A stretch of DNA of 64,000 nt from an uncultured Opitutaceae bacterium (lineage in GTDB: Bacteria > Verrucomicrobiota > Verrucomicrobiia > Opitutales > Opitutaceae), in contig CAZMFB010000011.1 in NCBI GenBank assembly GCA_964565475.1, positions 12,137-76,136 on the forward strand, given 5' to 3'. Positions 1 through 9,666 of this stretch are shown piece after piece. Positions within the stretch are counted from its first letter, which is position 1. The number at the start of each line of letters is the position of its first letter. A program made the position numbers and the translations under genes. The notes below the pieces were generated by a model. It did not search any database and was not told the origin of the DNA. It was given only the letters and a program-made list of their open reading frames with translations.

Positions 1-873
1 TGGTTCTGGCCGCTTTTCGCCGCGGTGCTCGGCGCCTGTGTCGGGAGCTTCCTGAACGTCTGCATCTACCGCATCCCGAAGGGCGAGTCGGTCGTGTCGC
101 CGGCCTCGCACTGCGGCTGCGGCCAGCCGATCCGGTGGCACGACAACATCCCGGTGCTGAGCTGGCTGCTGCTGCGCGGCCGGGCGCGCTGCTGCGGGCG
201 CGCGTTCAGCGTGCGCTATCCGGCGGTCGAGCTCCTCACGGCGCTCCTGTTCACCGCCTGCGTGCTGCTCTTCCCGGCCGGCAAGGCGGCCGGGGCGATG
301 GTGCTGTGCGCGATCGTGATCTGCGCGGTCTTCATCGACCTCGACCACATGATCATCCCCGACGCCTTCACCATCGGCGGCGCGACCGCGGGCCTGGCGC
401 TGTCGCTGCTGCTGCCCTCGCTGCACGGGCAGCAGCACGAGTTTCATTTCCTCGCGGGGATGCGCGCGGCGAAGGAGGCGCTGCTGGGCCTGTTCATCGG
501 CTCGGGGGTGGTGCTGTGGATCGCGCTTTTCGCCGAGGCCATCCTGAAGAAGGAGGCGATGGGGTTTGGCGACGTGAAATTTCTCGGCGCCGTCGGCACC
601 TTCGTGGGCTGGAAGGGCGCCGTCTTCGGCATGTTTGCCGGCGCGATGCTGGGCACGGTCTGGTTTCTCGCCGCCGTGCTGTGGCAGAAGACGACGGGCA
701 GGGCCGCCCCCATCGCGCCTCGTGCGGAAACTCCTGAGGGTCAGCCCGCGGACCTCGGTCTCGGCGTGCACGTGCCCTTCGGCCCGATGTTGGGCGTGGC
801 CGGCCTGCTCTACCTCTTCGGCGCAGACCGGTGGGTTGACGGCTATTTCGCCAGCCTCGCGCAGTTGTTCTAA
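1..873 (+). CDS. pilD: Prepilin peptidase/N-methyltransferase (A24 family), probably 5'-truncated by the window edge
   Basis: GSFLNVCIYRIP, Cys-rich SHCGCG/RCCG, DLDHMIIPD, MGFGDVKF and VPFGP motifs; frame is open from base 1. Confidence 0.93.
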   Translation, partial: WFWPLFAAVLGACVGSFLNVCIYRIPKGESVVSPASHCGCGQPIRWHDNIPVLSWLLLRGRARCCGRAFSVRYPAVELLTALLFTACVLLFPAGKAAGAMVLCAIVICAVFIDLDHMIIPDAFTIGGATAGLALSLLLPSLHGQQHEFHFLAGMRAAKEALLGLFIGSGVVLWIALFAEAILKKEAMGFGDVKFLGAVGTFVGWKGAVFGMFAGAMLGTVWFLAAVLWQKTTGRAAPIAPRAETPEGQPADLGLGVHVPFGPMLGVAGLLYLFGADRWVDGYFASLAQLF

Positions 874-1085
874 GGCCCGCCTCCACCGTGGCCATCGGGG
901 GGCCGGCCCGAGCGGCCCTCCCCTATTTTCCGCAGCAGTTCGTCCAGCGCCTGCTCGCGCGGAATGCCCCGTTCGGCCGCCACCTGGTCGGCGCGCCTAG
1001 CCAGCTGACGGGCCATCGTCGCGGCCTGCGTCGCATCAGCGCCCAGGCTCCGGAAAAAATCGCTCAAGCCTGCCGGCTCACTCAT
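870..1085 (-). CDS. Small hypothetical protein (71 aa)
   Basis: Start overlaps the ygfZ stop; helical-looking sequence. Confidence 0.6.
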   Translation of the reverse strand: MSEPAGLSDFFRSLGADATQAATMARQLARRADQVAAERGIPREQALDELLRKIGEGRSGRPPDGHGGGGP

Positions 1086-1989
1086 GGCGCAGGATCTCGA
1101 TATCCGCCGGGCCGCCGGGCGCCGGAGACAACGGGCGCGCCGGGTCCAGTCCCGCCAGGGTCAGCATCGCGAGTGCAAGGTAGCCGGTGTCGTCCGGCGC
1201 GCTGCTGCGTATTTCCCCGGCCTTTTTCCCATCCTGGAAGAGCGGCGTGCCGGGCGGCGGCGCGGTCCCGGGTCCGCGCACGGGGTGCAGGCGTCGGCGC
1301 AGCCGCCCGCGGTTATTCAGCCGCGCCATCACCTCCTGCCCGAGAAAGCAGCCTTTCGTGAAGGAAATCGCCTCGAGCTCCAGGCCGCCTTCCTGGGGTA
1401 AGTCGGCCGGTCCGATGTCCTGCGGCACGACGGCCACGCCATGCCGGATCCGCACGCGCTCAAATTCCACCGCTGCTGCGGCCGGGCCGGCGGCTTGCTG
1501 CAGCTGCTCCACGAACCCGGCGGCGGCCGCCACCGGGAAGAAAAACCGAACCGAACAGGGTTGAGGGACACGCGAGCGGATGACAATGGTGCCATCGCGC
1601 TCCGCGAAGCGATCCGGCAGCGGCGGGTTGGATTTCAGGTGGGGAAAAATCTCCTCCAACTCGGGACCCCAGGCCACCGCGCTCCTCCACAGCGGTGTCT
1701 CATCACGGACATCGACCTCGTCAGCGATGATGGACCGGTTCAAGTGGCGGGCCAGCTGCTCCCCGGTCGCCGAATCGCTGAAGCAGAGCCAGTCATTCTC
1801 GGCGAGCTTCAGGAGGTGGCCATCGGCCTGGACCCGGCCCTTGTGATCGAGCCACAGACCATACCGCACGAGCCCGACCACGCCCGACAAGTCGTTGCTG
1901 AACTGCCCCTGAAGGTATGTATTAGCATCAGCACCACTAATGCGCAGTGCTGCTGTTTGGTTGTGTAAAACAAGCATTGGCAAAGACAT
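1078..1989 (-). CDS. ygfZ: YgfZ/GcvT-like folate-binding Fe-S maturation protein
   Basis: ISFTKGCFLGQEVMAR signature; N-terminal ISGADANTYLQGQFSND. Confidence 0.92.
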   Translation of the reverse strand: MSLPMLVLHNQTAALRISGADANTYLQGQFSNDLSGVVGLVRYGLWLDHKGRVQADGHLLKLAENDWLCFSDSATGEQLARHLNRSIIADEVDVRDETPLWRSAVAWGPELEEIFPHLKSNPPLPDRFAERDGTIVIRSRVPQPCSVRFFFPVAAAAGFVEQLQQAAGPAAAAVEFERVRIRHGVAVVPQDIGPADLPQEGGLELEAISFTKGCFLGQEVMARLNNRGRLRRRLHPVRGPGTAPPPGTPLFQDGKKAGEIRSSAPDDTGYLALAMLTLAGLDPARPLSPAPGGPADIEILRHE

Positions 1990-2160
1990 GTAATGTCAAT
2001 CACACCTTCTAATTCTGTGGTTTCACATGCCCGTAACAGATGAACTTAAGGAAAAGCACGGGGCTTGGTTGACGAACCAAAGGAACAACCTACCTGTGTG
2101 GCAATCCAACTTTACGCTTCTCCCGCCTAGCGGGAGTTTTGGGGTAACTAAGAAAGCAAT

Positions 2161-2200
2161 GGCGGGCCGTCTAGGGGTAGGCGGCCCGCCTTTTCTTTTC
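2161..2200 (+). terminator. Intrinsic terminator with no upstream + strand CDS
   Basis: 13-bp stem GGCGGGCCGTCTA/TAGGCGGCCCGCC (one G-U pair) followed by TTTTCTTTT. Confidence 0.7.
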
Positions 2201-2315
2201 CCCGCTTTGAATGCCGGTTCCGGGCATTATCGCCGGCATTCAGCCCGCTAAAACCCGTGGCGCGGAAAAATTCAGCCGTGTGTTCGCGGGGCCGCATGCT
2301 TAACTGCGCCCTCGT

Positions 2316-3299
2316 ATGAAAGCACCCCTCCGTGTCGCAGTCACCGGCGCCGCCGGCCAGATTGGTTACTCGCTCCTCTTCCGCATCGCCTCTGGCGCGA
2401 TGTTCGGTCCCGACCAGCCCGTCATCCTCCAATTGATCGAGGCGCCGATCGAGAAGGCCCTCAAGGCCCTCGAGGGCGTCGCCATGGAGCTCGACGACTG
2501 CGCCTTCCCGCTCCTCAAGGGCATCGTCCAGACTTCCGACGCCAGCGTCGGCTTCAAGGACGCCAACTGGTGCCTCCTCGTCGGCGCCAAGCCGCGCGGC
2601 CCGGGAATGGAGCGCGCCGACCTCCTCAAGGACAACGGCAAGATCTTCATCGAGCAGGGCCGCATCATCGATGCCGTCGCCGCCGCCGATGCGCGTGTCG
2701 CCGTCGTCGGCAACCCGGCCAACACGAACTGCATGATCGCCGCCTCGCAGGCCAAGCGCCTGCCGGCGGAGCGCTTCACCGCCATGGTGCGCCTCGACCA
2801 GAACCGCGCCCAGACCCAGCTCGCCAAGAAGGCCGGCGTCGACCTCACCGCCGTGAAGGACATCTTCATCTACGGCAACCACAGCCCGACCATGTTCCCG
2901 GCCTATGCGCATGCCACGATCAACGGCAAACCGGCGACACAGGTCATCACCGACACCGCCTGGCTGCAGGGGCCGTTTTGCGAGACTGTCGGCAAGCGCG
3001 GCGCCGCCATCATCGCCGCCCGCGGGCTTTCCTCAGCCGCCTCGGCCGCCAACGCGCTCGTGGACCATGTCCGTTCGCTCGTCACGCCGGGTGTCATCCA
3101 CTCGGTCGCCGTGAAGTCCAACGGCCACTACGGTTTCGACGCCAACGTCTGGGCCGGCATGCCGGTGAAGACCACAACGCCCGGCAGCTACGAGGTCATC
3201 ACCGGCTACGCCATGGACGACTTCGCCAAGTCGAAGATCGCCACCACGAACAAGGAGCTGGTCGAGGAGCGCGCCTTCGTGGCGGACATGATCAAGTGA
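2316..3299 (+). CDS. mdh: Malate dehydrogenase (type 2)
   Basis: [46 protein letters not shown] motifs. Confidence 0.97.
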   Translation: MKAPLRVAVTGAAGQIGYSLLFRIASGAMFGPDQPVILQLIEAPIEKALKALEGVAMELDDCAFPLLKGIVQTSDASVGFKDANWCLLVGAKPRGPGMERADLLKDNGKIFIEQGRIIDAVAAADARVAVVGNPANTNCMIAASQAKRLPAERFTAMVRLDQNRAQTQLAKKAGVDLTAVKDIFIYGNHSPTMFPAYAHATINGKPATQVITDTAWLQGPFCETVGKRGAAIIAARGLSSAASAANALVDHVRSLVTPGVIHSVAVKSNGHYGFDANVWAGMPVKTTTPGSYEVITGYAMDDFAKSKIATTNKELVEERAFVADMIK

Positions 3300-3313
3300 C
3301 GCACAGCCTTCCC

Positions 3314-3360
3314 AGAAAAACGGAGCGGCGGTCCCTGGCGGAACCGCCGCTTTGCTTTTG
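3314..3360. terminator. Probable bidirectional terminator between mdh and a convergent gene
   Basis: AGCGGCGGT/ACCGCCGCT stem flanked by A-rich and T-rich tracts. Confidence 0.65.
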
Positions 3361-3381
3361 CCCCTGTTGCTGCGGAAAATT

Positions 3382-3672
3382 TCAGGCCGCTACCACCGGC
3401 GGGTTGGCGGGCTTGGCCGTCAGCTTCTTGATCAGCCAGATCAGGCCGCAGATGCAGAGCACCGGGATCCAGATGGGGGACAGCGCGCCGATCAGGGCCA
3501 GGGCCAGGGCGGCGAGGCCCGCAAGGAGGATCAGACCCAGCACACCCAGCACCACGCCCACAGCGAGGCCGACGAAGGCCAGGATGATGACCGGCACGAT
3601 CAGCACCGGAGCGAAGTGCCAGATGACCGCCACGAGGGCGATGGCCGCGAGGATTTTCAGGAAAGTTTTCAT
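3382..3672 (-). CDS. Small hydrophobic membrane protein
   Basis: About 96 aa, almost entirely hydrophobic, MKTFLKILAAIALVAVIW start. Confidence 0.75.
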   Translation of the reverse strand: MKTFLKILAAIALVAVIWHFAPVLIVPVIILAFVGLAVGVVLGVLGLILLAGLAALALALIGALSPIWIPVLCICGLIWLIKKLTAKPANPPVVAA

Positions 3673-3740
3673 GTTCAACCTGAGCACACCGCGCCGGGAG
3701 AAAAGTTGCAGCCGACCACACCCTCCGCTGGGAATGACGC

Positions 3741-4145
3741 ATGCCCGCCCGTCCGCCCGTGGTTCCCGTGGTCTGTGCCGTCATCGAGCGCGGCGGCCGC
3801 GTGCTGCTGGCCCGGCGCCCGGCCCACAAGCATCTGCCGCTGAAGTGGGAATTCCCCGGCGGGAAGGTCGATTCAGGTGAGACACCTGAGGCGGCCATCG
3901 GGCGCGAAATCCGCGAGGAACTGGGCTGCGCCATCGCCATCACACACGCACTGCCACGCTTCCAGCACGACTACGGCACCGTGGTCATCGAGATGATCCC
4001 GTTTGTCTGCGCGTTGGCCGAGGGCTCGGCCGAACCACATCCACACGAACACGTGGCGGTGGCCTGGTGCGAGCCGGCGCGTCTGCGGGACTACGACCTT
4101 GCCCCGGCCGACCTGCCGGTGGTGGCGGCGCTTCAGGCCGGGTAG
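3741..4145 (+). CDS. NUDIX hydrolase, MutT/NudG-like
   Basis: Nudix box WEFPGGKVDSGETPEAAIGREIREELG. Confidence 0.92.
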   Translation: MPARPPVVPVVCAVIERGGRVLLARRPAHKHLPLKWEFPGGKVDSGETPEAAIGREIREELGCAIAITHALPRFQHDYGTVVIEMIPFVCALAEGSAEPHPHEHVAVAWCEPARLRDYDLAPADLPVVAALQAG

Positions 4146-6223
4146 AATCTGGCCGAGGCCGCCGCCATCGCGCGGAGCTTGTCGCAGGGTGCGAAATGCG
4201 GGGCGACCTCGCGCGCGAGCCGGTCGAGCTGCGCGGTGATGTCCGCGACGCCGCGCGCGTCGGCGTAACGCAGCGGGCCGCCGCGGAACGGCGCCCAACC
4301 CGTGCCGAAGATCATGCCGAAATCCACGTCCTCCGGCGCCGCGACCACGCCCTCCTCGAGGCAGCGCGCGGCCTCGTTGACCATCACGAGCATCATGCGG
4401 TCGCGCAGCGTGGCGTCGTCCTGGCCGGGCGCGGCGCCCCGGGTCTGCACGAAGCCCAGGTCCGGGTTCACCGATTCTTTTTTGCCCGCGAAGACATGGA
4501 AACCGCGGCCGCTCTTCTTGCCCAGCCAACCCTTCTCCATCAGGCGGACGAGCGTGTCGTTGATCGGCACGGGCTTCGCCAGCCGCGCCTGCAGGTCGGC
4601 CGCGACATGTTGCGCGACATCGAGCCCGACCTCGTCGGTCAGCCGCAACGGGCCCATCGGCATGCCGAAGTCGAGCATGAGCCGGTCGATGCGCTCTACC
4701 GGGCAGCCTTCCCAGAACAGCCGCACGGACTCGACCATGTAGGGCAGGAGCACGCGGTTGACGAGGAAGCCGGGGCTGTCCTTCACGAGCACCGGCAGCT
4801 TGCCGATGCTTTTCACGAACTGCAGGGCGGTCGCGACGGTGGCGGGCGCGGTGCGCGGGCCCTGCACGATCTCCACGAGCTGCATGCGGTGCACCGGGTT
4901 GAAAAAATGAATGCCCACCACCCGCCCCGGGTCCGCCAGTCCGCTCGCGATCGCATCGATGGAGAGTGCCGAGGTGTTGGTCGCCAGCACGGTGTGGGGA
5001 CCGGCCTGGCGTTCGAGCTGCTGGAAAATCTTCTGCTTCACGTCGAGCTTCTCGAGGGCGGCCTCGATCACGAGGTCCACGCCGCCGAGCGGCACGTCCC
5101 CGGCGACGGGCCGGATGCGGTCGAAGCCCGCGGTTGCCTCCGCCTCGGTGAAGACGCGGCGCTTGGCCGCGTCGCGGTAGATTTTCTCCGCGGCCTTCAG
5201 GCCCTTGGCCAGCGCGGCCGGGGCGACATCCTTCAGCAGCACCCCGTGCCCGCGCGCACTGGCCCACTGGGCGATGCCGGCGCCCATCACCCCGGCGCCG
5301 ATCACGGCCACCTGCCGCACAGGACGCGCCTCGGCCTCGGCGGGCGGCTTCATCTTTTTCGCCCGCTCCTGGAGGAAGAAGATGCCCATCAGGTTCCGGC
5401 ACTCCGGTGTGCGCACGAGTTCGAGGAAAGCCGTGCGCTCCAACGCCAACCCAGCCTCCAGCGGCCCGCCCATGGCGGCGGCGCAGACTTCCAGCGCCTT
5501 GAGCGGCCCCGGATAATGGCCGCGCGTCTTGGCGAGCACGTCGCGCCGCGCCTTGGCGGTTACGAGCGGACGCAGCACCGCCCAGTTGAGCGCGCTCTTC
5601 GGAGCCGGTGCCGGGCGCTTGCCGCGCTTGAGCAGGGCGCGTGCGGCGGCCTCGAGGTATTCGGGGTGGGTGATATCGTCCACCACGCCGGCTTTCAGGG
5701 CCTGCTGGGAGACGAGCTGCTTGCCGGGCAAAATGAGGCCGAGCGCCGCGGGCAGGCCAATGAGCCGGGGCAGACGCACACAGCCGCCCCAGGCCGGCAG
5801 GATTCCGAGCTGGGTCTCGGGGAGGCCGATCTTGACGGACTTGTCGAGCGCGGCGACGCGCCAGTCGCAGGCGAGGGCCAGCTCGCATCCGCCGCCGAGG
5901 CAGACGCCGTTGATCGCGGCGACCGAGGGGAAGGGCAGCCGCTCGAGGCGCGTGAAGATGCGGTGCCCGTGGTCCACGATGCGGCCGAGCGCCTCCGGCG
6001 AGAAGTCCTTCGCGAAGGAATTCAGGTCGGCGCCGGCGATGTAGATCCGCGGCTTGGCGCTGAGCAGCAACACGCCCTTGAGATCGCGGCGTGCCTCCAG
6101 TGCCGTGATGCGCTCCTCGAGTTCAAGCAGCACGGCCTCGTCGAACACATTGGCCGAGGAACCGGCGCGGTCGAAGGTCAGCACCGCCACGCCGTCGCCA
6201 CCGAAGTCGAGATGGATGTTCAT
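4133..6223 (-). CDS. fadJ: Fatty acid oxidation complex alpha subunit (enoyl-CoA hydratase/3-hydroxyacyl-CoA dehydrogenase)
   Basis: AGADL, GGGCELALACD, LPETQLG, VIGAGVMGAGIA, GIHFFNPV, PGFLVNR; ATGA overlap with the thiolase stop. Confidence 0.93.
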   Translation of the reverse strand: MNIHLDFGGDGVAVLTFDRAGSSANVFDEAVLLELEERITALEARRDLKGVLLLSAKPRIYIAGADLNSFAKDFSPEALGRIVDHGHRIFTRLERLPFPSVAAINGVCLGGGCELALACDWRVAALDKSVKIGLPETQLGILPAWGGCVRLPRLIGLPAALGLILPGKQLVSQQALKAGVVDDITHPEYLEAAARALLKRGKRPAPAPKSALNWAVLRPLVTAKARRDVLAKTRGHYPGPLKALEVCAAAMGGPLEAGLALERTAFLELVRTPECRNLMGIFFLQERAKKMKPPAEAEARPVRQVAVIGAGVMGAGIAQWASARGHGVLLKDVAPAALAKGLKAAEKIYRDAAKRRVFTEAEATAGFDRIRPVAGDVPLGGVDLVIEAALEKLDVKQKIFQQLERQAGPHTVLATNTSALSIDAIASGLADPGRVVGIHFFNPVHRMQLVEIVQGPRTAPATVATALQFVKSIGKLPVLVKDSPGFLVNRVLLPYMVESVRLFWEGCPVERIDRLMLDFGMPMGPLRLTDEVGLDVAQHVAADLQARLAKPVPINDTLVRLMEKGWLGKKSGRGFHVFAGKKESVNPDLGFVQTRGAAPGQDDATLRDRMMLVMVNEAARCLEEGVVAAPEDVDFGMIFGTGWAPFRGGPLRYADARGVADITAQLDRLAREVAPHFAPCDKLRAMAAASARFYPA

Positions 6224-7506
6224 AGGGCCTCCAGCCAAAGGGCGCCGCCCTGCCCGCCGCCGACACAGAGCGAGACGAGGGCGCGTTTTGCCTTCCGGCG
6301 GCGGAGCTCCTTCAGTGCGGTCAGCACCAGCCGCGCGCCGGAGGCGCCGACCGGATGCCCGAGGGCGACGGCGCCGCCGTTGACGTTGAGTTTGCCGTCC
6401 GGAATCTCGCCCAACGCGGTGTCGCGCCCGAGGTATTTGCGGCAGAATTCCGCCGAAGCGGCGGCGGCGCGGCAGGCCAGCACCTGCACGGCGAAGGCCT
6501 CGTTGATCTCGATGAGGTCGGCGTCGTCGAGCGTAAGGCCGGTGCGCTGCTCCGCCCGGGCCATGGCGTAGACCGGTCCCAGGCCCATGCGGGCCGGTTC
6601 ACAGCCTGCGTAGGCGTAGCCGGTGAGCCGGCCGAGCGGAGCCAGGCCGGTCTGCTTCAGTCCGGCCTCGGTGGCGACGAGCAGCGCCACGGCGCCGTCG
6701 GTGACCTGCGAGGCGTTGCCGGCGGTAACGGTGCCGCCGCGCTTGTCGAAGACGGCGCGCAGCTTCGCCAGCGCCTCCATGGTCTGGCCGTCTCGCACGC
6801 CGTTGTCGGCCTCGACGGCGGCGGCCTCTTTGCCGCCGCGCGGATAGACCGGGGTGATCTCCTCGGCGAACCGGGCGCGCGCGGCCTCGGCGCGCTGGTG
6901 CGAGCGGAGCGCGAAACGGTCCTGCTCCTCGCGGGAAATCTTCCAGTCGCGCGCCAGCACCTCGGCCGTCTGGCCCATGCCGAGGCCACAGACGGGATCG
7001 GTCAGGCCGAGCATCAGGCTGATGCGCGGGGCGAAGTCCGCTGGGCGGAACTTCAGGAGGGTGCCGATTTTCTGGCCCGCGGTCTTCGCCTTCGCGAGTT
7101 CGCCGTATTTCCTCGTGGCGCCGGCGTTGTAGAGCAACGGGTAGTTGCTCATGCTCTCGGCGCCGCCGACAAGGAAGAGGTCGCCGTCGCCGGCCGCGGC
7201 CTTCTGCGCGGCGAGGGTGACGGCCTCGAAACCCGAGGCGCAGTTGCGCGACACCGTGATCGCGGGCACGGCCTCGGGCACGCCGGCGCGCAGGGCGATG
7301 ACGCGCGCGACGTTGGCCGCCTCGACCGGGTTGCCGACGCAGCCGAAGATGACCTCGTCAAGCCGGGCGGGGTCGAGCCCGGTGCGGGTGAGGAGGGCGG
7401 CGGCGGCGGTGCGGCCGAGGTCGTCCGCCGGGCAGGCGGCGAGGGTGGTGCCCATGCGCGCGAAGGGCGTGCGCAGGCCGTCGACGATGTAGAGCGGTTC
7501 CTTCAT
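6220..7506 (-). CDS. fadI: Acetyl-CoA C-acyltransferase (thiolase, FadI-like)
   Basis: RTPF, NCASG, NEAFA, GHPVGASG, CVGGGQG; real start MKEPLY lies inside the long track ORF. Confidence 0.92.
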   Translation of the reverse strand: MKEPLYIVDGLRTPFARMGTTLAACPADDLGRTAAAALLTRTGLDPARLDEVIFGCVGNPVEAANVARVIALRAGVPEAVPAITVSRNCASGFEAVTLAAQKAAAGDGDLFLVGGAESMSNYPLLYNAGATRKYGELAKAKTAGQKIGTLLKFRPADFAPRISLMLGLTDPVCGLGMGQTAEVLARDWKISREEQDRFALRSHQRAEAARARFAEEITPVYPRGGKEAAAVEADNGVRDGQTMEALAKLRAVFDKRGGTVTAGNASQVTDGAVALLVATEAGLKQTGLAPLGRLTGYAYAGCEPARMGLGPVYAMARAEQRTGLTLDDADLIEINEAFAVQVLACRAAAASAEFCRKYLGRDTALGEIPDGKLNVNGGAVALGHPVGASGARLVLTALKELRRRKAKRALVSLCVGGGQGGALWLEAL

Positions 7507-9017
7507 GGGCGGGGAGGCGGGGGTTGGTGCGGGGCGGCGACGGCCTTGGGGCGGTTGTCCACGACCTTCTGCTCCTTGAGCGCGACACCGACCTTCTGCA
7601 GCTCGCGGATTTTTTCGGGTGAATGGAAGAGGATCTTGTTGGGCCGGATCTCGAAATGGCTGTGCAGCATGTTGGTGATCGACAGGCGCAGGGCCTCCTC
7701 GTCCACGCCGTCGCTGCGCGTGGCATGGATGTTGATCTCGTCGAGTTCGAGGGGATCGTCGTGGGCCTTGCGCAGCTCGATCTGCCAGGAGCCGAGGCCG
7801 CGCACGTCGTCGAGGGCGTGCTCGAGTTCGTTGAAGTCGATGATGGTGCCCTTGACCTTTTGGAAACGCAGCGAGCGGTAGTCCGACACGCGCGAGATGC
7901 GGCCGAGCAGGCGCGGCATGCGCCGCCCGCAATAGGGGCACGGCTCGTAGGTCAGGCCGTTCTCGATGTGGTCCCCGGTGCGGTAGCGGAGCACGACGGT
8001 GCCGCGCTGCTCCAGCGGCGTCCACACGATCTCGCCCGGCTGATCGTCGGGCAGGACCTGGCCGGTCTCGGGATCGATGACCTCGAAGATGCCCATGTCG
8101 GGGTAGAGATGGTAACCGGGCGGGGTATGGCCGAGCGGGAAGGGGCATTCGGTGAACGCCAGCTTGGCCTCGGTGAAGCCGTAGGTGGCCACGACGTTGA
8201 CGCCGGGCGAACCGAGCTGCGTGAGCAGCTCCGCGACCTTCCGGCGCGTGCCGTCGGCCACCTTCTCGCCGCCGAAGAGCACGCCGCGCACGCCCTCGAT
8301 GCGGAGCTTCTCCTCCACGGCCTGGGTCAGCACGTGGTAGAGAAAGGTCGGCATGGCGGTCAGGTGCTGCGGGCGGATCTTCTGGATGGCGCGGAGGTTG
8401 CCCTCGGTGCCCATCACCTTGCCGCCGCCGGTCGCGAGCGCGAAGATGTTCCGCTCGATGCCGGAGTAATACATATACCAGAACGCCAGGTGCGGGGCGA
8501 AGGGGAACATGTTCAGCATGCGCTCCTCGCGCGTCACGCCGCAGAGGTCGGCCACCCGGCCGCTGCCCTTGCCGAGGTTGGCGATGTCGTGTTGCGAGTA
8601 GAGGAAGGGCACCGACTCGGTCGAGCGGCCGGTCGTCGCGGTCATGAACGTCGGGCGCCACTCGCGGTCGAGCTCGTCCTGCACGCGGGCCTTGCCGCGC
8701 AGGAGCGCGCGCAGGATGACGCCGGGACGGCGTGCCAGCACGGCCTTGTCGGGGATGAGCGCGAAGTCGAGCGAGCGCCGGGGGTTTTCCGGGGTCGGCA
8801 GGAGGTCCTCCTTGGAGGTGAAGGGTAGTTTCGCCAGGTCGTCGACGGAGCGGATGCTGTCGGCTGTGAGCCCGGCGTCGGCAAAGACCTTCCGGTAGTG
8901 CTGGGAAAACGGCAGCACGCACTCGCGCAGATACCAGTGCAGCTTGCGGCCCTGCAACGCGCGCACGGCCTCGCGGTCGAGGCTGTGCCAGTGCCGGGTC
9001 AGTTGTGTGTGCGCCAT
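7503..9017 (-). CDS. Phenylacetate-CoA ligase-like adenylate-forming enzyme
   Basis: LAKLPFTSKEDL, ATTGRSTE (P-loop variant), TYGFTE, LRYRTGD. Confidence 0.85.
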   Translation of the reverse strand: MAHTQLTRHWHSLDREAVRALQGRKLHWYLRECVLPFSQHYRKVFADAGLTADSIRSVDDLAKLPFTSKEDLLPTPENPRRSLDFALIPDKAVLARRPGVILRALLRGKARVQDELDREWRPTFMTATTGRSTESVPFLYSQHDIANLGKGSGRVADLCGVTREERMLNMFPFAPHLAFWYMYYSGIERNIFALATGGGKVMGTEGNLRAIQKIRPQHLTAMPTFLYHVLTQAVEEKLRIEGVRGVLFGGEKVADGTRRKVAELLTQLGSPGVNVVATYGFTEAKLAFTECPFPLGHTPPGYHLYPDMGIFEVIDPETGQVLPDDQPGEIVWTPLEQRGTVVLRYRTGDHIENGLTYEPCPYCGRRMPRLLGRISRVSDYRSLRFQKVKGTIIDFNELEHALDDVRGLGSWQIELRKAHDDPLELDEINIHATRSDGVDEEALRLSITNMLHSHFEIRPNKILFHSPEKIRELQKVGVALKEQKVVDNRPKAVAAPHQPPPPRP

Positions 9018-9174
9018 GGCGGGTCAGCGTCGCGCGGGCCGCCCCGCGCCGACGTTGCCAACGTAGCCTCGCGGCCACTGGCGTCAACCAAGCGTGGTCG
9101 TGAAAGGGGCGGTTAGAATCTGCTCGCCGCTGTGCATTAGGAGGAGGAAACTGCCACCCCAACCCGCTTACCCC

Positions 9175-9666
9175 ATGGCCGAATCGTGGCGCACACGCCT
9201 GCTGCGGTGGAAATTCAACCTCTATCCGGCCTTCCGCCGCACGGGGGCGCGCGTGGAATACATCGCGGAGGACCGCCTGGAGTGCCGCGTCCGGCTGCCG
9301 CTGAGCCGGGCGACGCGCAACCTGCACGGGACCATCTTCGGCGGCGCCATGTATGCGGCGGTGGACCCGCTGCACGCCGTGCTGCTGGCCGCCAACCTCG
9401 GACCCGACTACCTCATCTGGATGAAGCGGGCCGAGATCGAGTTCCGCCGGCCCGGCCGCGGCGTGCTCCGGGCCACCGCGCGCATCACCCCGGCGGAGCT
9501 GGACGAGCTCCGGCGCGCCTTGGCGGCCGCGGCGAAGATCGAGCGGCGCTACGAGATCGCCCTCATGGACGAGGCGGACCAGACCGTGGCCGTGTGCCTG
9601 CTCTGGCTGCACCTGCGCCGCAGGGCCCCGGCCGAGACGCCGATGGAACAGGTGGTTTTCTCATGA
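9175..9666 (+). CDS. Hotdog-fold thioesterase-like protein (DUF4442/PaaI-like)
   Basis: FNLYPAFRRTGARV, TRNLHGTIFGGAMYAAVDP. Confidence 0.82.
   Translation: MAESWRTRLLRWKFNLYPAFRRTGARVEYIAEDRLECRVRLPLSRATRNLHGTIFGGAMYAAVDPLHAVLLAANLGPDYLIWMKRAEIEFRRPGRGVLRATARITPAELDELRRALAAAAKIERRYEIALMDEADQTVAVCLLWLHLRRRAPAETPMEQVVFS

Noticed and set aside
2027..2251. 74-aa ORF upstream of mdh
   Set aside because: Atypical codons, and it runs through a terminator hairpin.
6220..9612. 1130-aa thiolase fusion ORF
   Set aside because: The N-terminal part is a stop-free shadow frame over the ligase gene; the thiolase starts at 7506.
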